Assembly: GCA_026770705.1 (NCBI GenBank)
Contig: JANJGN010000034.1
Span: 3,906,001-3,970,000, forward strand
Length of the DNA: 64,000 bases
Direction: 5' to 3'
DNA from: Isurus oxyrinchus
Taxonomy: Eukaryota
A program made the position numbers and the translations under genes. Positions 1-11,045 of the stretch are shown here, piece by piece (the first letter of the stretch is position 1; each line of letters starts with the position of its first letter). Under the pieces are notes generated by a model. It did no database searches. It saw only the letters and a program-made list of their open reading frames with translations, and was not told where the DNA came from.

Positions 1-12
1 TTTGATGCTCAC

Positions 13-54
13 CTCCGAGATGCGAATTTCCAGCTTCATATCTCCCTCCAGCGT
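13..54 (-). pseudogene. Possible decayed 42-nt exon (acceptor CAA instead of CAG)
   Basis: T-tract+gctcaa|ACGCTGGAGG...CTCGGAG|gtgagc; strong donor, non-canonical acceptor. Confidence 0.3.
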
Positions 55-273
55 TTGAGCAAAAAAAAAACGTAACATTCCAGGGGCGTAATGAATGAAT
101 TTGGCACAGCCGGAAATGCACGCTTTCCTATGTAACGTTAAATTGTCATTCAATTTCATTTTTCAGTGGCACCTACATGCTCCATTTTACAAATTTGGAG
201 AAAAGACTAGGGGAACTCCAGTGCCCTTCCTAATGATAATTCTTCGAACAAAATCCCAAAGATGTTATCTCAC

Positions 274-303
274 CATTAGCGCATTGCAGTTTTTGGGAGA
301 GTG
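274..303 (-). CDS. 30-nt micro-exon, (A)LSQKLQCAN
   Basis: ttttactaaaag|CACTCTCCCAAAAACTGCAATGCGCTAATG|gtgaga; KLQ..N end resembles 43144-43179. Confidence 0.5.
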
Positions 304-714
304 CTTTTAGTAAAATCATTGCCATGCTTCTTATTGACAATTGCTACTAGGCTTCAAAAGCATTCGATTGTCTGCAAAACACTTTGAGACTGCAGGTTGT
401 CAAGGAAACTACAGTATTAGTGCAATGAGTATTTCTTTTTTTTTACTCCCGTTTGTCTTGCTTTTTCGCAGAGGGAGCAATACATGTTCTTGTAATAACG
501 GCTGTCTGTCCTTCAGTGTAGCTATTTAAAGTGAATATTCTGCTTTCCTTGGAAGTATATTTTAATTATACTACAATTTTGCCTTCAATTTCTGTTGGTT
601 TTGTTTAGTTAATAAATATAACATTTACAGATGTCCTTATTGCATTTTCGAACGAACATTTGACGAAACAGGAATCATGCACTGTAATAATGCTTATGTC
701 AGTTGTCCTGTAAT

Positions 715-1065
715 ACGTTGGTCTGGAAAAGTGACAGAGTAACAGCCCTGAGCTCATATCCCACCATGGTGGTTTTCGATGCAAATTCAATTAAGTAAAT
801 GAAACGTTGTAACATGCAATATAGTAATGGTGACCATGACCAACCAGGCTCTGCGAAAAACTCAAGTGCTTCTGCAAAATACTTTATGGAAGGAAACTTG
901 GGTATAACTTTTTGTAATTTCGTTGAATGCTAACTGGGCCGCAAAATAGTCCAGCCAATCTTTGATTCTATTCCAGGAAGCAGATAACTAACATCTCCAA
1001 CAGAGCAAATAAAGATGGATAACAATTAACAGCCTCCCAGCTACACACACTTCGTGGGCATGAGT
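715..1065 (+). mobile_element. Decayed SINE-like repeat
   Basis: atcccaccatgg...aattcaatta...aatggtgaccatga...ggaaggaaa layout recalled from shark SINEs. Confidence 0.4.
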
Positions 1066-1199
1066 AAAAATATGATAAAATATACCCCATTACCCATGTG
1101 TTCAATGAAGTACTGGCTATGCCAATTATCATTGTGTAGTGGCATTATAGGATATTATGTTTCACGCTGAATGCTCTGCCATAAGCTTTATGCAACATT

Positions 1200-1835
1200 T
1201 ACTTATTGCCAAGGCATTAAGAAGGCTAATTTAATTTTATCCATTAAAATGAGTGTAATTGAATACAAAAATAAGCATGATATGATTCCATTAAGCACGA
1301 CATTTCGAATTTTCTTTGCAATATTGGACTCATTATTTAAGGAACAATGTAAAGCTTTGGAAACAGTTCAGACGAAGTTTACAAGAGTGATACCTTGAAT
1401 GAGTGGATATCTTATATTGAGCGGAAGGGTAGACTGGGCTTGTTTCTACAGGAGTTCGGAAGAGTGAGTGGCAGCTTACTTAAACTGTGTCAGGTCTTGA
1501 ACTATGTGCAACACGTGGAGAGGCTAATTATATTTCCCAGTGTGAATGAGTCCCGAAGAAGGGGGCACTGCTTTAAATTTATGGATTGACCCCTTTAGAA
1601 CACAGATAAGGTCTTCACATTCTTCCGCCTATCAGCCTCAGTGGAGGCGAAATCATTGAGTGTTTTTGAAATGGATGGTTAATAGATTATTGTTAGGGAA
1701 GGGAATCAAAGGTAATCCGCAACAGATGGGAATGTGGAAGTCTAAACACAAATGGATCAATCATGATCTTATTGAAGGGCGGAGCAGGATCGATGACTCT
1801 AATTGTTTACTTCAGTTCCTCTTACGTATGTATAT
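1200..1835 (+). mobile_element. CR1 LINE 3' fragment
   Basis: ALETVQTKFTRVIP (LERVQRRFTRMIP-like) and CR1-type 3'UTR. Confidence 0.75.
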
Positions 1836-1960
1836 ATGCTTATATGCCTACTGCTATATTCAGACAATCTGAAAACTGCATCTGCAGTATTTTGCGTTTA
1901 AGCGAGGAGAGGATGAAAAAAAAAAAGTGGAGATTACGTAGGTTTGAGATGTTTCATCAC

Positions 1961-2446
1961 TGTTTGGGGGAAATAAAGGAATATAGTAATTATTTTGGGG
2001 AATATAAGGGTACAGGAAGAACTTATAGAAAGGGGATGAATTTCATCAAATCTCCAAGCACATCGGCAGTTAAAGGTTACCAGATGAACCTTGCACAACC
2101 TTAGAGGTGTGCAAACAACATGAAGGCCTTGGTAGTCAGAGGATGGCAATAACAACAGATAGGAGAAGAACAGATGGTCTCAGCCTGGGTGGAAACAAAT
2201 AGGGATGTACCTGTTACCAGATATGTTTTGTATTGTAAACCTATATGTTGGCGAGATCCGAATCTGGAAACTGTTCTTGTATGTGAACAATAATTTATTG
2301 ATATGTCGAAAACTTCTAGTTAAGCAGAGTACTGTCTCAAGCTGTATTCAGATGGTGCTCTGCTTGTAGTTTTTCGTAAAAGCGATCATAACATGTATAT
2401 GAGTCTCCTATGGTCCATCCATCCAAGACACCAGGTCAATTTCTCA
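1961..2446 (+). repeat. 5' LTR
   Basis: Starts tgtttgggggaaataaa, ends tttctca; colinear with 8687-9211 (e.g. aaatagggatgtac..taccaga.atgttttgta). Confidence 0.9.
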
Positions 2447-2465
2447 TAGGTGGCAGGATACTTGG
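2447..2465 (+). promoter_or_regulatory. Degenerate primer-binding site, possibly tRNA-Leu
   Basis: taggtggcagga directly after LTR; resembles TGGTGGCAG, the complement of a tRNA-Leu 3' end; remainder diverged. Confidence 0.4.
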
Positions 2466-2803
2466 ATTGGATCCACGGGACAGCTCTGCAAAGTGGGTTG
2501 AGTATATTCATTTGCCTCTCGTAGTTAGTGCTGCAAGCTTACCCGAGAACTGCGTGGTCAAGTAGCAAAGAATCAGGAGGAGGATTCAGGACAGGAGACA
2601 GGAAGTACCAGGGATACGTGGCTGTGCCGTGCACGCGGTCTAGCAGGGCCAAAGCCACGCGGGAATTCCAGAACCATTACCAAAGAAAGGAGGCAGAGCT
2701 GTGCTGATGGGTTACGGTTGAAATATAACATTAGCCGAAGCCGCACAGGTAGGTCAGACCCCATGTAACCGCAGATAGGGCAAGAAATTAAGTTGTCAGG
2801 ACC

Positions 2804-4010
2804 ATGCGAACATATCATGCAGAGATAGTAACAAATAAGAACAGAGTACCGTCAGAAAAAAAGAACAGTGCTATTGAACTCGAATGGGGAACCGTGGACC
2901 CCATTCCGAGGTTCATAGCGGAACAGCAGTCAAAATGTACCACTAAAAATCCAGATGGAGGGCTCGAACACAAAGGGAACCCCAACAGAACAAAAACAGT
3001 GGTGGATAGAGCAAAGAAAAGGACAAGGAAAAGAAAGGGATGATGGTTATTATCACAATGCACGTACAATTGTGCAGATGAGTTAAAAATAAATTCCAGT
3101 CACTAAGAGAGAGAGAGAGACAAAGTCAGCTTTAGCACAGATCAGAGCAGTGGCGGCAGCAGCCTGTAGTAACGCTGATTAAGGCGAGGAAAGCTCCAAA
3201 GGATAAACCTATGAAGGAGCTGAGGCATGTCCACCCTCATATGAACCAACCACCCCCCTGTGCCTGTTGAATTCCATGGACCCTATTGCAATAACCATTA
3301 GGAAAAGTAAAGTCAGGAAAGGCGAATTAAAACCCGAAGGGAGAAAGTCAGCTGATCAATAGGTGGAGGATGAGGAGATTAAAGGGATATGGAGAAAGTT
3401 AAGCACGTTCCATTCAGTCCGGCGGAGAAGCAGATTTTGCTTAAAGAACTGCTGAGACTCAAAACTCTGCATAACAATCCAGCTTTTTGAACTAACCTGC
3501 GGAAAATGCAAGATTTCCATGCAATGCTCCGCTTTGATACCTATATACTGGTGAAAGCTAAATGGCCACGGGATATCTGGGGAATGTTATCACTTCAGTT
3601 TAGAAGTGATGACAGGGCGAATCCTTAGGAGGTCCCAGATCAGTAGAAGGTGACAGCCCTACACAGAGTCTTTGATGACACAGGCTAAGAATTCTTGGTA
3701 GAGTGACAGACGGATTGGGGGCGTATAAGTAGTAGACAAGAGGAGTGAGTCCGCAATGGACTATGCAGAACGAATGTGGAAGACTTCTGTACAGTTTCCA
3801 GTACAAATGCATCCTGTGCAGGATGACGAGATGTTCCTGAATATATGGAAGGATGAGTGGGATCGGAAAAGTATGCTACAATAGCTGCCTGTGCAGAAGA
3901 GAGAGAGGGAGAGAGAGAAAGAGAAATGGAGAAAAGTTGCACCCGTAGGGGCGTTAAAAGCACTGGTGGGGAAATTGGAACATTCGCCACTCAGGTTGTC
4001 CCTCGATGTA
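2804..4010 (+). pseudogene. gag: gag remnant
   Basis: Position after leader; basic N-terminal stretch; PPSY (PPxY late-domain-like) at about 3230-3245; eroded zinc-knuckle-like GKL.H...CP at about 3965-4000; many stops and frameshifts. Confidence 0.55.
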
Positions 4011-4899
4011 GATCCTTCAAAATCCCTTAATTTCCCCCACTGCTATTGGAAGATTCGTTTAGAATATGACAGTTTTAAGTCGTTAACCAGGGTTAGATGA
4101 ACGAAAATTTGTACCACCCCTTTGCAGACCAGTACCTGCAGCTTCCACGCTGATTGTGATCGTCACATAGGAGTTGCATAATCTCATACGAGTTAGTATT
4201 CTTTAATTCTGAGGGCAGAAATTACCTGAAGTTCAAGGGATTCTAGGCAAGCCAAAAGAAATAAACATACGGTCTAAGTAGTTCCAATGGATAAAAAGGT
4301 GTTTCATTTGAAGAGATGGCTGAAATATGAAAAGCACTGTAATTAGAATTTTGGACAATCCTGAGATGTGAAGTGCATTGTAATTTAACAGGTTACCTTC
4401 GAATCAATAGGATGCTATCTACGATAAAGAACTTGTAGATAAACAGACGGGAATTATAGCTTGGATACAGTCGATACACATAAGAAAGAGATAGCTTTAA
4501 TTTTGCTAGGTTAAATTACAGTTGTTACGAAATTTAAAATTCGAGGTTTGGCTCCTGATAATTTTACAAAAGGGAATTATTATTTTAAAATTTTTGTCAA
4601 AAACTGACACAAATCCAAATGCTGCAAGCTGTTGTATTTGGAAGTATCTTCCCAAAATATGAAGCCAAGCTCAAGACCTTGACAAAGTTTGGCAGAAATC
4701 CAATTTTTGGCCGAGATAATGAATCTGTGTCAATACTAAAATAAATGGTTCAGGTACAATTTAATTGCTTACTTTTGACATAATCAAATGTTGTTTAAGA
4801 CGAAGATAAGGAAGCAAGCATGTCATTGCAGATTTCTGTTTTTAATACCGTTATGAGAATGTTTTTATTATTTTAAAGCCTCTCCAGGCATCCTGAACA

Positions 4900-6150
4900 A
4901 GATAAGATAGTTGTTGTTCCATGTGCAAGATGGCATGAGGCAACTGGGAGAAAGAGTTAGGGAAAGAGGATAAAATATACAAACTTATTTAAGGGAAGTG
5001 AATTTGATAATCTCACCATCAACTGAGACATTGGAAATGCACAAGCGGAGATAATAAATGGCGTAGAGAAAGAGATCCTGGTTGAAAATAGAGAACCTGA
5101 GCTCAAGAGAATCTTAGGATGATCATGGACAGAAAAGAAAAAAATAAAGGTGATACTCTGTGGAATCTGTAGTTCAGGCAATTGAAAGGAAAGGAAAAAT
5201 AAGACATAACAACAATTGCCAAATGATGGATACAGGTAAAGGGAAAGCTGGAAATAAAGCAAATAGATGTATTACTGATTGTATGAACCTGCCTTCGAGA
5301 TTCAAAAAGCAAGACCACAGGATTAACACCATGATGGCAGACAGAGGAAAGTGGCTTACAGAGAGAACCGTCACTGGAAGGAAATATATCCAGCCATTGA
5401 AAGATAAGATAAGGTGTACTGAGGAGTTGTGTTGGCAGTTTAAGGAATTGAGTACTGAAGTGGGGAAGCAGCAGGAAAGAGTAGACTGGAAGAAGTGAAG
5501 GGTGAATATCCAGAAGGATTCAGATCAGGGAACACTTTTCACAGGAAGAGTCATTAAATAAACGTATAAATTGAAATTTAAACAGAAATTCCACATACCC
5601 TACCAGCCACAGAGCTCAGAGAGGGCCGAAATGATGAACTGAACTCTAAAAAGAAAATCAGTCACAAAAGCAATTCAAGAGATAGGGAACAGACAAAATT
5701 CGAATGCACCTTAGGGCTACACAAAGCTGGGCGGTCCGATTCACCCCATTTGAAATAATGACAAGAAGAGTAATACAGTTAGCTAAGGGGAGATAACAGC
5801 TATGGGAGATATACATCCACTAAAAGGAAATATGCAAGACAATGTGAGGGAAACAAGTTAGCAACTGTATGAGTTAAGGAGGAAGTTATAGACCGACGGA
5901 AGGATAAGAATATGGAAACAGCCAAATACAAAGAGCAACTATGGACCTCCCCCAACACCCGCCACAACCACCACCCCACCCCCCCACCCCCCCCCCCCCC
6001 CCCCACGCCTCCACGTGGGGAATAAGGTGATGGCCAAAATGAGTGTGGAGGAAACAGGCATGGGCAGTACGAGGTAATTAAATTCTGGATGCAAGCGCAC
6101 ATGTAGATATGGGAATGGGGTTTAATTGGCACTTTTAACAATATATGAGA
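4900..6150 (+). pseudogene. pol: pol remnant: RNase H end plus integrase
   Basis: GNAQAE at about 5034; DSDQGTLFTG at about 5517-5546; FHIPYQPQSSERAEMMN*TLK at about 5589-5651 (integrase DDE core). Confidence 0.85.
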
Positions 6151-6199
6151 ATTGACCAAGCGGTAACTCGGAGAACAAGAACCGATGTTAAGGTTTCCA

Positions 6200-8414
6200 C
6201 AGATGTACCAGCCTCGTCTTGGGCGGATCACAACTGGCAACAAGGTCGGGGATCATCACTGCTCATCCAGCACTGCAGGAGGAAATTTGGTACAGCACCG
6301 ACAGTACCGAATATGACATGAAATGGGGCATGATAAATGTAGCAGTAGGAGAACATGTGCATTCATATTGTAGTAGGAATTCGCTTCATTTCGGGCATGG
6401 CAGGCCCGCCACTACTCAGCCAACTTTCACATCTACTTTCACAGTCCGAATAGAGATAACTGCAACCTGTCAGAACATACCAACTAATGCATCTTGTCCG
6501 ACTACGCCTCCAGGAACAACAAATGGTTTGGTACTGGTTAATCAGAAGTTTTGCAGAATAATGTGAACCAAAAGCTGGCACCTGTAGTCTTGAACATATC
6601 CGGAATGACCCCGCCCCAGTGGTGCTCAACCCAAATTCGGGAACTATATACAGCTCTAATGGCCCAGCTGATGATTGAAGCAACTTAGTTGAACAGCGAG
6701 ATGCGATCAGGCCTGGGAAAGAACTTTGTTAAGTGCAGCCTCATAAATGATGATGGCGCTATGATACTCAATAAAGTGACATCAGTTGTTAATTCAGGAC
6801 CTGGCAACTATTGACCAGAAGGTCCATTCCCTGATCTTGATGCTTAAGTAGATTCAACAGCAGTGACAGGGAATTCATAACACACAATTAACAACAGACC
6901 AGAACATGACAAGCTTAATCCAAAACCTGGCTATGATGCTCGAAAGGCATGTGGGGTCAAATCAAAAAGCGTATTGAAATAGGGGAAAATATTTCAGATG
7001 AAGCAAGCAGAAAAGATGTTTGCAGCACCTAAGGATCTTGGGCACTGGAACAAGCCCGAGAGAGTTTAATAGAGATTAATGAGGGCTTAGTTCCTTTATG
7101 GGTGACTACTGAGCATTTATTGAATAATTCACGACATAGGATCATGACTTGACCGGTAGCCAGCTCAGAGGTTTACAATGTATGTATATAATGAATGTAT
7201 AGTGAATGGTAATATGCTAATATGCATTGTATTAGTAATACCTGTCATACCTATGTTAATACCCGGCAGCACATTATATAGAAGAGAAAATATTGGTGTT
7301 ATACGGGAGGATTACTATATTATGTATCATGATATAAGACCAGATGCAGTAGACATTGAAGGAAATACAGTTAGTCCCACTTAGAAGAGTGTACAATAGA
7401 GGTTACCGCAGTAGTATGCACACCTGGCGTATGAGGAAAAGTGGATTTAAAGTGAAAGACACTCTTTGGTCTGCCCGAAATTTGTTGGTTTTCCAGCGCA
7501 AATATCTGTCCTCGACCGAGTGTTGCAGATTGGCACATTCCAAGGTCCAGGACTATGTGCAGAGGGACACAGTTAAGCTTGGGGCAGCCGCCACAAAGGC
7601 TCAATGGGGAAGGGTCGCTGCCTAACACCTTTCTCCCACAGTGCATTGAGGGGCTTGGAACTGTAAAGAGCCCTTCAGGCTGTAGAGCTTAAAATAAATG
7701 TCTGCCAATAATTGCAATATTCATTGTTTGTACACCTTGTGATTCATGTTGTAAAAGTTGAACCTGGTTGTATTTTTGCAATGGTGATTTTGAAATGGTT
7801 CTAAATGTTTTTGAATATTTATGAATAAAGTATATTTTTGCAAAAAAGAAAAAAAAAGTACAATTGAAAGTATACGGGTGGCAAAAGAACCGACCCATAT
7901 TGCATATGCAGGGAATGTGAGATATTGTATCACCACGTGGGAGGAAATAATCCAGTATGGAGGTAACCCGATTTGCCCTTTCCAAAATCAATCAGTGTGC
8001 CTACACCCACAGGTGGCAGCAAGGGTAGGGAAGGTGGAACTCGTCGAAATATACAACAGAGGAACGACTACTATTCAGGTCAAGGACAGCCTTCAAGACA
8101 AGCTGACACAGTATTTGAACCCGTTCTCCTATGAAGTTCCCTTATTAGCAGAGCACCTCACCGCCACTGGGAGACAGGCTCAGCAGATATACAGAACTTA
8201 CTATAAGCTGCAGCAACAGATTAGAGCCTTAAAGACGGATATTGAACAAGTACATTCTTGCTCATGGTGGGAGGACCTGTTGAACTGGGGCTCAAACGTA
8301 GAGATAAACCCCGGGATTCGGATTATCTCCCATGCCCTAGTTAGGCTTCAACTGATATTGATTATCTATCTAATATATATGATTCATCGCAGCTGGAAGT
8401 CTCAGAAAAGGTGA
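6200..8414 (+). pseudogene. env: env-like remnant interrupted by a LINE insertion
   Basis: Cys-containing ectodomain pieces (IPVIP..LYRRENIG; EECT..VVCTP; YCITT..ICP..VCL), heptad YYKLQQQIRALKTDIEQV, SWWEDLLNWG, hydrophobic TM ALVRLQLILIIYLIYMI, basic tail. Confidence 0.7.
7452..7857 (+). mobile_element. 5'-truncated Tx1/L1-type LINE 3' end inserted in env
   Basis: KDTLWSARNLLVFQ...CCRLAHSKVQDYV..DTVKLGAAATKAQWGR C-terminus, 3'UTR, AATAAA at 7824, poly(A). Confidence 0.8.
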
Positions 8415-8674
8415 CGCCTTGGGTGGGGGGGGGGGGGGGGGGGGGGTGTATGTCAGGGGATGCTTTGACAAGTGGAACAAGAATCCGGTAAGGCAGAGGT
8501 TCTGATTAAAGGTCCGGATCATGGAGCTGGTCTGACCAGTGCCCCTAACATTTACATGCCTAAATTGGATACCTGGCCAGTATAAATGATCAATGGGTGT
8601 AGCACATAAGATTGGGGGGGGGGGGTAATGGACAATACCACTATAGTTGGTTACTTTGGGCTAAGCCAAGGGCC

Positions 8675-8685
8675 AAAAGGGGAGA
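8675..8685 (+). promoter_or_regulatory. Polypurine tract
   Basis: aaaaggggaga just upstream of the 3' LTR TGT. Confidence 0.8.
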
Positions 8686-8686
8686 C

Positions 8687-9211
8687 TGTTAGAGGGAAAT
8701 AAACTGTTACATTAATTATTAGGGGAATACAGCGGTTACAGTATGAACTTATTGAAAGGGAATGAATTACTTAATATTTTCATGCGCTTTGGGAGTTAAA
8801 GTTTGCCAGGAGACCCTTGCCCAGCCTTAATGGCCTATAAACAACAGAAAGCCTTTGGAGCCAGACTGTAGTCCGGGGATGGTAATAACAACTAAGATGA
8901 AGTGTGCACTTCAACAGATAGGGAAAGAATGGATGGTAAGGCCTCTGCCTGGGGGAAAAGAAATAGGGATGTACTTAGTACCAGACATGTTTTGTAATAT
9001 AAATCTGTATGTTGACGAGATTGGAATTTGGAAACTGCTTTTGTAACTGACCAATCATGTAAAAATATGTTTAATGCTTGCAGTTTAGCAGGAGTACCGT
9101 TTCAAGGGGTACTGAGATGGTGCACTCCTTCCAATTGATTGAATAAATGATCTTAACCTGAACCTGTGTCTGCTGTGGTCCGTTCATCAAAGAAACCACA
9201 TCAATCACACA
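8687..9211 (+). repeat. 3' LTR
   Basis: tgttagagggaaataaa ... tcaatcacaca; contains AATAAA at about 9142; homologous to 1961-2446. Confidence 0.9.
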
Positions 9212-9469
9212 TGTGTGAACTAACGCTGTGTTTTTGGAAAGTATCACTGAGATGCTACATATATAGATGAAAAATATTAGGGAGCAAGGATATATACTGG
9301 GCAGTAGCATGGGTTAAGTATGGGGAAACAGGAGGGAACGACAGTGCATATAATGATGTATTAGATCAATAAAAAACAATCAGATAAAGTGACTTATGCG
9401 TTCATCCAGATGATGTGGATGGTGTTCTTATTCTCTCTGTCTTTTCAATAGAGATCGATTACACAGGCA

Positions 9470-11045
9470 TTCTATTGCACGAGGAGAATTATCAAATGTT
9501 AGATACAGTAAGCATAGGATAGAGGAAACGTTGCAGGGGCTGACATGTTTGACGGTACATAAAACACCAGAACTGGGTGTATTGTATCCAAGGCGTTTAC
9601 TGGAAGCAAGGAATATGGCAAAGGATGCCCTGCAAAAACTTTTTAATTCTACCTGGGTACAGGCGAGATAAAAAAAAAAAAAGTTTAGTAGTCTGTGACA
9701 GTTGTACCATTGTTTAAAAGTGGTGCAAGCGTAACACCAAATAATTACAGTGTGTAATTCTGGCTTCGATAGAGGACAAATTATTGGAATCCATCTTTAG
9801 CGATAGGATTAAACTGTTAGTAAGAAACGCTAGGATCAATCAGGGCTGGTAATTAATTTGTTTAATGAAAAGTCGTGACTTATTAAAATAATTGGATTTA
9901 TCAAAGAAAAGTTTCAAGCAGCATTGAACAGGGTAGAGTGGTGGATGTGCTGTGTATGCATTTTAGTTAGCCATTTGGAATGTTCACACACCGCAACCTG
10001 GTCAGAAAACTAAAAACCATGGGGTCTGGGGGAAGGGGGTGAGTTGGATCAACCATTGGTCAGTGATGGAGGTTTTAGCGAATGGAATGCAGTGTGTTGC
10101 CGCAGGGATTTGTGCTAGTTGCCTTTCTGCTTGTGGTATACATTAGTTATTTGGGCTTTAGTTTTGGGAACATGATTTGCATATTTGCAGATGACACACA
10201 ACTCTGAGTAGTTAATAATGGATATGATATTAATGGTTTGTTTGAGCAAGTAATGAAGTGGCCACCGGATTCACTCCGGAGCAGGGTGAAGTTGTGCATT
10301 TTACAAGGGCATGCAAAGTACTGAAATACTGAATAAACGGGAGAATATTGATTGTGGTAGAGAATGTGAAAGACATTGGATTGCATATCCACTGTTCCCT
10401 GAAGATGGACTGGTTTGTAGATATTGTGGTTAATGGAACATATAGAATGCTTTCCTCTCTTGCACCAAGTATGTTTTACAAAAGCATTAATGTAATTATA
10501 CACCCTGTACAAAACGCAGGTTAGGCTACACTTGGGTGTTTGTACAATATTTTGCTCAACACATTAAGAAGGACTGGGGAGAGTACAAAAGAAGTGCACA
10601 ACAATGTTTCTAAGGCAGGGAATTTGCAGCTAAGGGAAAGTTAAGCTGGCTAGGAATATTTTCCTTAGAACGTAGGAGGCTGAGATTTGAAATGTTTGAG
10701 TTTTCGAAAATTATGAAGGTTCGAGAGAAGATCAGTGGATAATACGTGTTTCATCCAGCGGAGAGGAAAATTACCAGAGGGCACAGAATTGAGGTGATTG
10801 GTCGACATTTTAGACGGAATATTAGGAAAAATGATTTATCTCAGAGAGTGGAAGGTGCCTGGAATACATTGCACGGAATGTTGTTTGAAGCAGAAAGCAT
10901 GAACTAATTTAAAATGTTACTGACTCTGCACAAGAAGTGCTGAACTCTGCAAAGCTACGAACCAGGTGCAGGAAATCGAAAGTAGATTTTTCCCACCCGT
11001 CACAGAAACGATGTTTGGAATGCCCTCTTTCTGTGTCTTAAGTAT
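9470..11045 (+). mobile_element. CR1 LINE RT/3' fragment
   Basis: Degenerate VVPLFK, VDV.., KFADDT-like (ICIFADDTQL) motifs and 3' end. Confidence 0.75.

Larger units (their letters stand above)
1961..9211 (+). mobile_element. Decayed endogenous retrovirus / env-bearing LTR element, internally deleted
   Basis: Two homologous about 0.5-kb TG...CA LTRs, PBS-like and PPT motifs, gag/RNase H/integrase/env remnants in order. Confidence 0.9.

Noticed and set aside
470-530. Plus-strand EQYMFL resembling a tyrosine-phosphatase Q-loop exon
   Set aside because: Immediately followed by two stops and no other PTP exons seen
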